From an uncultured Verrucomicrobiae bacterium (GTDB lineage: Bacteria; Chlamydiota; Chlamydiia; Chlamydiales; JAFEGQ01), in contig CAVUAA010000002.1 in assembly GCA_963739345.1 (NCBI GenBank), positions 266,713 through 330,712 on the forward strand: DNA of 64,000 nt, written 5' to 3'. The translations under genes were made by a program, and so were the position numbers. The stretch's first letter is position 1, and each line of letters begins with the position of its first letter. This document shows positions 52,694-60,267 of this stretch, piece after piece. A model generated the notes under the pieces. It saw only the letters and a program-made list of their open reading frames with translations, did no database searches and had not been told where the DNA came from.

Positions 52694-53190
52694 AAAAATT
52701 AAAATCGCTATTCGCTCTATCTCTCGTCTTTCTTGTTGTGGGGTGTGGTGATGCTTCTCCGGGAGTTCAAATGGAAATTTTCGGTCGCTGCTTTCTAACT
52801 ACTAAGGAATCGTTCCTCTACGAGCAGGATAGTCGGTACTATTTGGAGCTCCCGGGGATGTCAAATCTCGTTCCGCCATCCGTTGAGCTGTACAGGGCAC
52901 ATCCGAAAGACTGGACGGATACAGAAGAGTATAACCTGTATAGGGGCAGCTCTGACTCAGCAAAGGGGATAGTCAAGATCCTCTCGGTTGTTCCCACGGG
53001 AACTTCGATCTGTGTTAGTGGGGCGACGCCTTTTAAAGTCATGGGGACAAATATTTGGGATGTGTACGGTAAGGTAGAATACAGTGGATTTGATCATCTC
53101 AAAGTTAGTTTCTCTTCGTTATTTGCTGGGAATGCGGGTCGTGAACCAAATATAACTCCGAGATCGGAGTATCTGCGCTCAGAAAGCTAG
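52690..53190 (+). CDS. Lipoprotein, putative cognate immunity protein of the Rhs toxin
   Basis: 166 aa. The ATG overlaps the Rhs stop (ATGA). MKKLKSLFALSLVFLVVGC with lipobox LVVGC. No recognisable domain. Confidence 0.6.
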   Translation: MKKLKSLFALSLVFLVVGCGDASPGVQMEIFGRCFLTTKESFLYEQDSRYYLELPGMSNLVPPSVELYRAHPKDWTDTEEYNLYRGSSDSAKGIVKILSVVPTGTSICVSGATPFKVMGTNIWDVYGKVEYSGFDHLKVSFSSLFAGNAGREPNITPRSEYLRSES

Positions 53191-53350
53191 ACTGTGGCCA
53201 GCATCTCCTGGTCCAACCTTTCCATCACCATCCTCCTCGCTTCCTTCGGACACTTCGTCCTAGCAAGCGAACCCCTCAACTCTCCAGTCCCAGGAGCGTT
53301 CTTGCAGTACCAGTAGCCTACCCGACGAATATCAATCGAGCCCGCCGATT
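53187..53350 (-). pseudogene. Displaced 3'-terminal fragment of a dus (tRNA-dihydrouridine synthase) gene
   Basis: The minus strand encodes ..IDIRRVGYWYCKNAPGTGELRGSLARTKCPKEARRMVMERLDQEMLATV*. The intact dus C-terminus (55957..) reads ..IDIRRVGCWYCKNAPGIGELRGSLARTKCPKEARRMVMERLENELAAVAV*. The 92-nt core 53222-53313 differs from 55995-56086 at 4 positions (hand count). Upstream the frame is broken by indels and a stop. Confidence 0.8.
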
Positions 53351-53426
53351 GTCACCGTCTGCATGCGAAGCCAATTTCGGAAATGACTAAGTGCAGTCTT
53401 CAAACCCTCTCACGGGTCTAGTGCCT

Positions 53427-53780
53427 TTACGAGAACAGATGTGCAAAAACCCAGCAGAGGTCGTGAAGGATGTATAAGACTACTCCCACTGAAAAGATAG
53501 ACAGTGGCGCAGAAATCGTGCGCCCACGCCCAAGCCGGTACCAGCAGACAACCATTAAGAAATAGAAGGCAATGCGAGGCAAAGAGAAAAGAGCCAGGGT
53601 CGCTATCCACTCCAGATCAAATGAAGCGTAGGCTATTGCATACACATAGAGAAACATGCTCATCCAGTTGGTCACGACAAGCGTGCAGCACAAAAAGCAC
53701 GCCGTGCTGACGATCAGCCAAACGATATGTGACCTTGGCGCGTGATACGAATATGGTTGGCTTTGCATACTCGACATCAC
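53427..53780 (-). CDS. Small polytopic membrane protein, unknown function
   Basis: 117 aa, ~4 TM (IVWLIVSTACFLCCTLVV, MFLYVYAIAYASF, LALFSLPRIAFYFLMVVCW, IFSVGVVLYILHDLCWVFAHLF). ATGA overlap with the upstream gene. Confidence 0.5.
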   Translation of the reverse strand: MMSSMQSQPYSYHAPRSHIVWLIVSTACFLCCTLVVTNWMSMFLYVYAIAYASFDLEWIATLALFSLPRIAFYFLMVVCWYRLGRGRTISAPLSIFSVGVVLYILHDLCWVFAHLFS

Positions 53781-54181
53781 ACTCCCTCCATGATTGCCAA
53801 GACAAAATAGCGGGCGACAGCCCCAGAAGCTAGGGCGCTAGCTCCCATAACACACGTTGCCCATATGAACCGCCCTCGACCTAGTAGGTAGCCGCCGCCC
53901 GCAATCATTGCCCCGCAAAGCGTGATTGCTGTTGTGGGAATACACCACATTGGTGGACCAGGGGGGCGATCACCTAGGCATAGAATAAAATCGATTGTGA
54001 AGGGGGCTAATACACACGCGATCCCAATATTGATCGCCATTAGAATAGTCGATAAGGCGAACAGCCATTTCGCTTTCCAGCTTCTTTCTGCGGGTTCATC
54101 ATGCACTCCGATAGGATGGGATGTGTCTTTCACGCCGATCGAACCGTCAAATGATTTTGTTTGCTGATTCATTCTTTTCAC
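53777..54181 (-). CDS. Small polytopic membrane protein, unknown function
   Basis: 134 aa. A soluble N-terminal ~35 aa, then 3-4 TM helices (WLFALSTILMAINIGIACVLAPF, AITLCGAMIAGGGYLL, IWATCVMGASALASGAVARYFVLAI). Confidence 0.5.
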   Translation of the reverse strand: MKRMNQQTKSFDGSIGVKDTSHPIGVHDEPAERSWKAKWLFALSTILMAINIGIACVLAPFTIDFILCLGDRPPGPPMWCIPTTAITLCGAMIAGGGYLLGRGRFIWATCVMGASALASGAVARYFVLAIMEGV

Positions 54182-54196
54182 ACGATTAGTTCCTAT

Positions 54197-54976
54197 CTAT
54201 CCTGCCTTAGTTGGTCGGAACGAGAATCCAAGAAAGCCGCCATTATCAACACTGGCTCGGCGGCGTGCAGGATCGAAAAACAGCTCACCCGTTGACCACA
54301 TGATCTTCACTGCTTCGCGTTCTCCCGCTAGCGTTGCCGTAAGTCTTTCGCCCTCGGCTGCTGGTTTATCCGTCGCAACAATCGCCCAGACTCTACCGTC
54401 CTGATCTGCAATCATGCTGTTATCTATCACTACTGCGTTCCCTTGCAGCTTGAGTCCCACCTTTTCCCCCGAAGGGAACATGTGACCTTCTACCAAGAAG
54501 AGCTGAGCAGCGGGATCCTTTGCGCAGACGGTTGCATGTTGCTTTTTCCCATACGCAATGAGCGGGTAGGGCACCAGGCACTCGGCAGCAACTCGCTCCC
54601 CATCTAATGACTCCACAATAAAGAAAAATGGTTCTCCTTCGGCCGCGTTTAGAAATACAATTGTGAGACACTCTCCGCGCATCGAATATAGGTAGCCATC
54701 CTCTACATAGACGACCTCATCCATATCCTTGTAACCGCATAGCTTGTACTGACGGAAGCGGTAGTATCGTTGGTGCTGTTCCTCTTCTAGGTGAAACATC
54801 ACGCCGACCGCATCATCGGGCACGTCCAGGCACTCAGCAGTCGATATTGGTACAAAACTTAGCCTTAGCCCGTCCGTCTTGCTCCCAAAGTCAGAGAGTA
54901 GCTCCTCGAAGCTAAGCCCGGAGCAATGAGCTAGCGCCGATACGACAAGGAGAATCACGATAATATACTTTTTCAT
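54197..54976 (-). CDS. Secreted protein of unknown family, paralogue A of a divergent pair
   Basis: Track ORF 54197..55045 trimmed to ATG 54976: MKKYIIVILLVVSALAHC.. (signal peptide with a Cys at the cleavage region). It shares RYYRFRQY.L.G, EGEPFF, ESLDGE, PSGE.V, QG.A..ID.S, W..G.LFFDP with 55204..55956. Confidence 0.6.
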   Translation of the reverse strand: MKKYIIVILLVVSALAHCSGLSFEELLSDFGSKTDGLRLSFVPISTAECLDVPDDAVGVMFHLEEEQHQRYYRFRQYKLCGYKDMDEVVYVEDGYLYSMRGECLTIVFLNAAEGEPFFFIVESLDGERVAAECLVPYPLIAYGKKQHATVCAKDPAAQLFLVEGHMFPSGEKVGLKLQGNAVVIDNSMIADQDGRVWAIVATDKPAAEGERLTATLAGEREAVKIMWSTGELFFDPARRRASVDNGGFLGFSFRPTKAG

Positions 54977-55203
54977 ATTAAAATGCTCGGATAGTGTTTC
55001 TTTCGAGATCAGATTCCCACGTTTTTTGTGTTTTCGGCAACACAAACCCTTCTTCCCAGGAAGGTGTCGTGTGGTCGTTCGTTATCGCCTATGTGCGCAT
55101 CAACCGGTTTCGCATTCTTGTCGTGTTCTGTTGACGATTGCCGTTAACTCGAAGTGGATTTATCATGTCTGTTGTCGGCAGACTGATATACTGGAGTTCG
55201 TAA

Positions 55204-55956
55204 TTGAAAAAATTGATTTTTGCAATATCGATAACTATTGCTTCTCTGGGTCATTGTTATGATCTCGGGATTGATGAGTTGGTCGATCTTGTCAGCGGCT
55301 TTGAGAACCGTTCGGACGGGGCGGAGCTGAGCGTTCATGAATTCGACACCAGCCAAATTCCCGATGCCGGGCCAGATGTTATCGGCCTGACGTTCGAAGT
55401 CAAAAGCGATAAGCCTAAGAGATACTATCGCTTTCGTCAGTACAACCTAGCGGGGCGCAAGAATTTCGACTACGTGGTTAGCCTTCGTGAAGGTGTTGTC
55501 TTTCAGGCCACTGGCGGCCTGATCGTGGATGTTTTGCACAGCTCTGGTGAAGGGGAACCATTCTTCTATTTTCTGGAGTCATTGGATGGCGAGCAGCGCG
55601 CGTTCGCACGCCTTTTGCCACGCCCTCGCATGGAGTCTTCAGGAAACAAACGCCTCACAGTATCGGCAATGGACTTTGTGCCGAGTTCTTTTGTGGTAGA
55701 AACTCACGGTTATCCTTCCGGGGGAGAGGTCTATTTTTCGGTCCAAGGCGACGCTGAGATTATCGATTCGAGTCCAACCGTAGACGAAACGGGCCGAGCC
55801 TACATTGCCGTCAGGACAAAGGATTTCCCGCCCGAGGGAGGCCTTCTTTCGGTAACGGTTTTTCAAGATGAGCATGAGCTTACGATTTCCTGGCCAGTTG
55901 GTGACTTGTTTTTCGATCCCGACGGTCGTCTAAAAGAGCGCCTTACCTCTGGATGA
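55204..55956 (+). CDS. Secreted protein of unknown family, paralogue B of a divergent pair
   Basis: TTG start with GGAG 9 nt upstream. MKKLIFAISITIASLGHC..; same conserved blocks as 54197..54976. Confidence 0.6.
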   Translation: MKKLIFAISITIASLGHCYDLGIDELVDLVSGFENRSDGAELSVHEFDTSQIPDAGPDVIGLTFEVKSDKPKRYYRFRQYNLAGRKNFDYVVSLREGVVFQATGGLIVDVLHSSGEGEPFFYFLESLDGEQRAFARLLPRPRMESSGNKRLTVSAMDFVPSSFVVETHGYPSGGEVYFSVQGDAEIIDSSPTVDETGRAYIAVRTKDFPPEGGLLSVTVFQDEHELTISWPVGDLFFDPDGRLKERLTSG

Positions 55957-56955
55957 TTAGACTGCGACTGCTGCTAGCTCGTTTTCCAGCCTCTCCATCA
56001 CCATCCTCCGCGCTTCCTTCGGACACTTCGTCCTAGCAAGCGAGCCCCTCAACTCTCCAATCCCTGGAGCGTTCTTGCAGTACCAGCACCCCACTCTTCT
56101 GATATCAATCGCAGCCCGCCGATCATTCCGATACCGGACGATTTCATCGATGTGTTCCAGCAGTGTCTCCAGATACATCACAGTCGTACGCTCAATAGGC
56201 GGCAACCCCTCCATCGCCCGAACCATGTCCTCCGCGATCCACGGCTGACCCATCGTTCCCCTCGACGCCAGCGCCACATCACATCCGGTCCTCTCGAACA
56301 TATCCAATGCAGACTCCGCATCAAAGATATCGCCATTGCCGGCGACGAGAATCGTATTGGCCTGGTCAACTGCCTCCCGAATCAACTCCCGATTGGCCAA
56401 CCCCTTATAACCCTGTGAGCGAGTCCGGCCGTGGATGCTAATCATCGCAGCTCCAGCCTCCTCCGCTACCCGCACCAACTCCGGAGCGTTGATATTGTCA
56501 TCATCCCATCCCACCCGGATCTTCACAGTCACTGGAATCTTCACTGCCGCGACCATATTGGAGATCATCTCCCCAACCTTCTGCGGCTCCTTCAGCAACC
56601 CCGATCCGCTCCCATCCTTCGTCACTTTATCGACCGGACAGCCGCAATTCAGGTCGACCACATCGAACCCCAGATCTTCCAAAATCCGAGCCGCCGGACC
56701 CGCCAGCTCAGCCTTACCCCCCACGATCTGCCCCCCGAGCGGGTGCATCTCCGCTGAGTAGTCCAACAGATGAAACGTCGCCGGATCATTCCTAACCAGC
56801 GCATCCATCTTGACCATCTCGCAGAACATCAGCCCTGGCCGCCAACGGGCGGCCATCTTTCTAAAGGGATAATCACTACACCCCGCCAGCGGCGAGTAGA
56901 AAGCCCGATTATCCAGCTCAAGCCCACCCAGTCGAATCTTACCTTTCCGAATCAT
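55957..56955 (-). CDS. dusB: tRNA-dihydrouridine synthase (DusB-like)
   Basis: 332 aa. LAGCSDYPFRKMA, DLNCGCPVDKV, GSGLLKEP, VTVKIRVGWDD, ISIHGRTRSQGYKG. The stop codon directly abuts the stop of 55204..55956. Confidence 0.85.
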   Translation of the reverse strand: MIRKGKIRLGGLELDNRAFYSPLAGCSDYPFRKMAARWRPGLMFCEMVKMDALVRNDPATFHLLDYSAEMHPLGGQIVGGKAELAGPAARILEDLGFDVVDLNCGCPVDKVTKDGSGSGLLKEPQKVGEMISNMVAAVKIPVTVKIRVGWDDDNINAPELVRVAEEAGAAMISIHGRTRSQGYKGLANRELIREAVDQANTILVAGNGDIFDAESALDMFERTGCDVALASRGTMGQPWIAEDMVRAMEGLPPIERTTVMYLETLLEHIDEIVRYRNDRRAAIDIRRVGCWYCKNAPGIGELRGSLARTKCPKEARRMVMERLENELAAVAV

Positions 56956-57224
56956 GGGATCAGCTTAAACACTAGAAATTCAAGCCCATACAGCGAGAAC
57001 ATCGCTACCATCGGGCTCAGATCGATCATTCCCAGCCTAGGAATGAACTTTTTAAAGACATTGAGATATGGATCAGTCACCTTAGCGACCATCAGCATTA
57101 ACGGATGTCCTTGAGCCTTAGGGAACCACGACCCAAAGATCCTCACTAGAATCAACAGCGAGTACAACGAGAATCCCGCACTAATCGCCTGCTTGAACAT
57201 CAATAAACCAACCATAGGTCCCAT
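56952..57224 (-). CDS. yggT: YggT-family membrane protein
   Basis: 90 aa. LLILVRIFGSWFP......VTDPYLNVFKKFIPRLGMIDLSPMVAMFSL, typical YggT. The stop overlaps the dus start (ATGA). Confidence 0.7.
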   Translation of the reverse strand: MGPMVGLLMFKQAISAGFSLYSLLILVRIFGSWFPKAQGHPLMLMVAKVTDPYLNVFKKFIPRLGMIDLSPMVAMFSLYGLEFLVFKLIP

Positions 57225-57375
57225 TATAAAGGGGTCGGGGATAAAGGGACAGAAACCCAGGTCCTGTAGTCTCTTGACCCTCCCAGAAGAGGAGAAGCAA
57301 GGTGTAAATCGCTAATGCGCAGATGTGTACGCGTGGCCTGCTCTGGTTATATGATTGTCCAAGAAGCTTTATTAA

Positions 57376-57405
57376 TTGACAGATAATCTTTCTTTTAGCT
57401 AATAT
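57376..57405 (+). promoter_or_regulatory. Near-consensus sigma70-type promoter
   Basis: TTGACA 57376-57381, 18-nt spacer, TAATAT 57400-57405, in an AT-rich gap 40 nt upstream of the TTG start at 57445. Confidence 0.5.
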
Positions 57406-57444
57406 GTAGTTCAGATGTAGGCCGACGATGATAGAACAGAGCAT

Positions 57445-58896
57445 TTGCTCCGGTCTCATCGCGGTGAGCGTGTCAAACGGTTGAGATCGTCTAGAGGAGT
57501 ATCACTGGTGTGTAAGCAGCCCTGCTTGGGATACGACAAGCTCAACGTGCTTCGTGTGATTGCACGCCTTCGTGAGGATCACGAAGGTCGGAGCGCGTGT
57601 GCTGAACATCCGATATCTGGCTGCAGCCGACAGTATATTCTTAGCGAACTGTTACCATATGATCCTGAGGTCAAGGTCGGTAGCCGGCTCAATCACGGCC
57701 TGAAAGAATACCGTCTACTGGTCAGAGCAGCCCAAGAGGCCGTCGATAAGGCTGAAAAGGGCGAGATGGCGTGTTTCGATCCATTGGTGGGAGAAAATGC
57801 CTGTCAGATCAGGGCGCTACAAACCTGTCTTATTTTCTCTCAAGACCTGTCCTATCTGAGCGGGACGTCCGCTAGATTAGCGCAGGTGCTCAGGCAACTC
57901 GATCAGGCTCTAAGCTCGGTTGAGCCGCTTGTTGGCAAAGGTGTTTCGCTCGCAGTACTTTTGACGGACTGGCACTTTGAGGTAGAACTAACCTATAGCG
58001 AGTTTTTCCTGGTACAGGCTTACCTTTTGAGCGTGGTTAAGACCGTGAAAAACCCAAAAGCCGAGATGCCATTCGTCAAGAATGAATACACCGACATAAA
58101 GAGCATAAAAGCCATTTCGCCGGTGGGCACGATGTTTGCTGAGCGGCTTGTTAAGAAGCTCAGAGAGTTGATGTCCTTTATCTCTGTCTCCTTTGTCGAG
58201 CGGTTAGGGCGTCAGCTCAGTTTGCCTGATGGCTTTTTAGACTCGTTGGTCGACAGCGTTTCGATCACCCCTAATAATTTGCACTGTCTCCCATGCTTCT
58301 GGGCGACGACGGTCTTGATGCTCACGGCCCAAAAGAAAGGCCTTCCGCTGGTTGTGATCGCAAGGCAAATGGCGCCCGATCAAGACTATGCGATTGTCAA
58401 CGAGATCTCCTTAGTCTTTGAGGCATCATCTTCAGGCTATCGACACTCACCCAACATCTCTCTTGCTCCCGAGACTCCGGCCATCTTTCTGCTGGTCAAT
58501 TCCTGCCAGAATGCGGCGGACCACTCTGATGTCACTGCTTGGCGCGATGAGCTTTTAAGCCATAGCCCTGTAGAGTATGTGCTCGCATATGCTGCGGCTC
58601 ATCGACAGTATCCTAACTCCAGTGATGAGCATGTTGTGGAGGGTCTCGAGGGCGGCCACTTTGAGTACTACAAGGAGCAAGCGGAAGAGTGGGGCTGCAG
58701 CCTGACCAATCCTTCGGGATTTTTTCTTTCACACGCGTTTTGTGATCGACTCGAAAACGTGGATGCCCATCTTGAGGGGGCGTCTAATGCGAAATCTCTG
58801 CGGTTCCTCGACATTGTCCGACACGGTCCACAAGAGAGTAGCAGAAAGTCCGTTGATACTCGCTTCTCTCAAAGCCCTCAGCGGAAAGTGATCTAG
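57445..58896 (+). CDS. Hypothetical protein (unknown family; distant paralogue of 61675..62940)
   Basis: 483 aa from a TTG start (uncertain). No known motif recognised. It shares collinear C-terminal patches with 61675..62940, e.g. NPSGFFLSHAF versus DPSLFCLTHVY, ETPAIFLL versus DEPVVVFC, EYVLAY versus DSLLLAH. Confidence 0.5.
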   Translation: MLRSHRGERVKRLRSSRGVSLVCKQPCLGYDKLNVLRVIARLREDHEGRSACAEHPISGCSRQYILSELLPYDPEVKVGSRLNHGLKEYRLLVRAAQEAVDKAEKGEMACFDPLVGENACQIRALQTCLIFSQDLSYLSGTSARLAQVLRQLDQALSSVEPLVGKGVSLAVLLTDWHFEVELTYSEFFLVQAYLLSVVKTVKNPKAEMPFVKNEYTDIKSIKAISPVGTMFAERLVKKLRELMSFISVSFVERLGRQLSLPDGFLDSLVDSVSITPNNLHCLPCFWATTVLMLTAQKKGLPLVVIARQMAPDQDYAIVNEISLVFEASSSGYRHSPNISLAPETPAIFLLVNSCQNAADHSDVTAWRDELLSHSPVEYVLAYAAAHRQYPNSSDEHVVEGLEGGHFEYYKEQAEEWGCSLTNPSGFFLSHAFCDRLENVDAHLEGASNAKSLRFLDIVRHGPQESSRKSVDTRFSQSPQRKVI

Positions 58897-58957
58897 CCAG
58901 GGCCGACTAGGCGGCAGCCTAATCTATTGAAGCTAAGGGCTATACGGGATTCGTGGG

Positions 58958-60244
58958 CTATGATGAACCAAATCCCTTTCGCCCTGCCCGCTCTAGGCCG
59001 TATCCGATGGCCATGGCAAGAGTGACTACGATCAGTGACATCAATACCGTCGAATCGAGGATAAACGTCCCCCTCAATATCTGAATAATGTTAAGGGCCG
59101 TTGCCACCATCCATCCACTGAGATAGCTCAGGCGGCTGAGCGGACGAGTCTCCCCAGAGCGCAAGAGAGAGAGAATGTATCCAAAGAAGAACACAAAGCA
59201 CAGGTTGACCATGGCGCTGTCAGTCACTTGTAGGAGTATCTCTAGCGAGACCAGGCCTGAAATAAGAATGTATATCGTGGTCAGGCCAAGACCTAGAATC
59301 AGGTATTCCTTTCTACCAACCAATGCCTTGGGCGCAAGAAGCTCCCACCCTATCGATGCCGAGTAGACATTCGAAACATTCGAAGATATGACCGAGATCA
59401 GTACGAAAATAATTAGCACGATCCTCAGTGCCATGCTAGCTACTTGAATTTCCTGGACTTCGGCTCCTACCCCTGGGTAGATCACCGAGGACAGGAACAG
59501 TCCCCCGATTCCAATCGCGAGGCTGCCTAACTGGACAACGGTTAGCGCAAGATACGAGTCCTTCCAGGATCTGCTGTGTCTGAAGAATGTTGGCAGATCA
59601 ACGCTAACCCCAAGATTTGACCCCAAAATTAATCCCAGGCCGGCGAGGGAAGGAGCGCCCCAACTGATATCGATGTTTGCCGTTGGGGAGACAATCACAG
59701 CACCGACAAATACAATTACCAAAATTGGGAAGGCGATGATGGCCAGCAGTCTCAGGGACTTCATCCCTTCCACACAAAAGAGCGTGCTCACCACTCCAAT
59801 CAGTATGCTGATTTGGAGAAACCTCCCAGAGCCAGTCGCGTTAGCAATCCCCAGAAGAGAGCTCAAGCCGTTGCTGGCAACAGTAGTTTGGACCACAAAC
59901 CAGGCCAGCGTATCTGCCAAAAGAGCAGCAGCGATGATATAGCCCCCGACCACGCCCATGTATCGGAAGGCCAGGTCCAGTGCGCTGTCCCTCTTGGAAT
60001 GACTGATCCGTAGTATCCCGTATCGGATCCCCCACAGAATAATATTTCCAACTAGCACAGTGACGACCGCAGAGATAAAGTTCTGCCGTTGAAGAATCAA
60101 GATGCTCGACGCGAGAACCGGAATGCTCATCATTCCGGTCAGCTGAATAAAGGACAGCTGCCACCACGACTGATTCGTTTCGACGATATTTTCAGGAGAA
60201 ACGGACTCACTCCGCATAAACAGAGCCCTCTCGCCGGATCTCAA
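58958..60244 (-). CDS. NCS1/CodB-CytX-like permease, paralogue 1
   Basis: 428 aa, ~12 TM. QSWWQLSFIQLTG.., LPTFFRHSRS, ISSNVSNVYSASIGWELL (compare the CodB pattern TTNDNALYASGL). Confidence 0.6.
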   Translation of the reverse strand: MRSGERALFMRSESVSPENIVETNQSWWQLSFIQLTGMMSIPVLASSILILQRQNFISAVVTVLVGNIILWGIRYGILRISHSKRDSALDLAFRYMGVVGGYIIAAALLADTLAWFVVQTTVASNGLSSLLGIANATGSGRFLQISILIGVVSTLFCVEGMKSLRLLAIIAFPILVIVFVGAVIVSPTANIDISWGAPSLAGLGLILGSNLGVSVDLPTFFRHSRSWKDSYLALTVVQLGSLAIGIGGLFLSSVIYPGVGAEVQEIQVASMALRIVLIIFVLISVISSNVSNVYSASIGWELLAPKALVGRKEYLILGLGLTTIYILISGLVSLEILLQVTDSAMVNLCFVFFFGYILSLLRSGETRPLSRLSYLSGWMVATALNIIQILRGTFILDSTVLMSLIVVTLAMAIGYGLERAGRKGFGSS

Positions 60245-60267
60245 GCATTAGTAAAAAAATTAGCAAA

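Noticed and set aside
57181-57459. 92-aa minus-strand ORF spanning the yggT start and the AT-rich promoter gap.
   Set aside because: It overlaps the yggT N-terminus out of frame and runs through the promoter-like region. No motifs.
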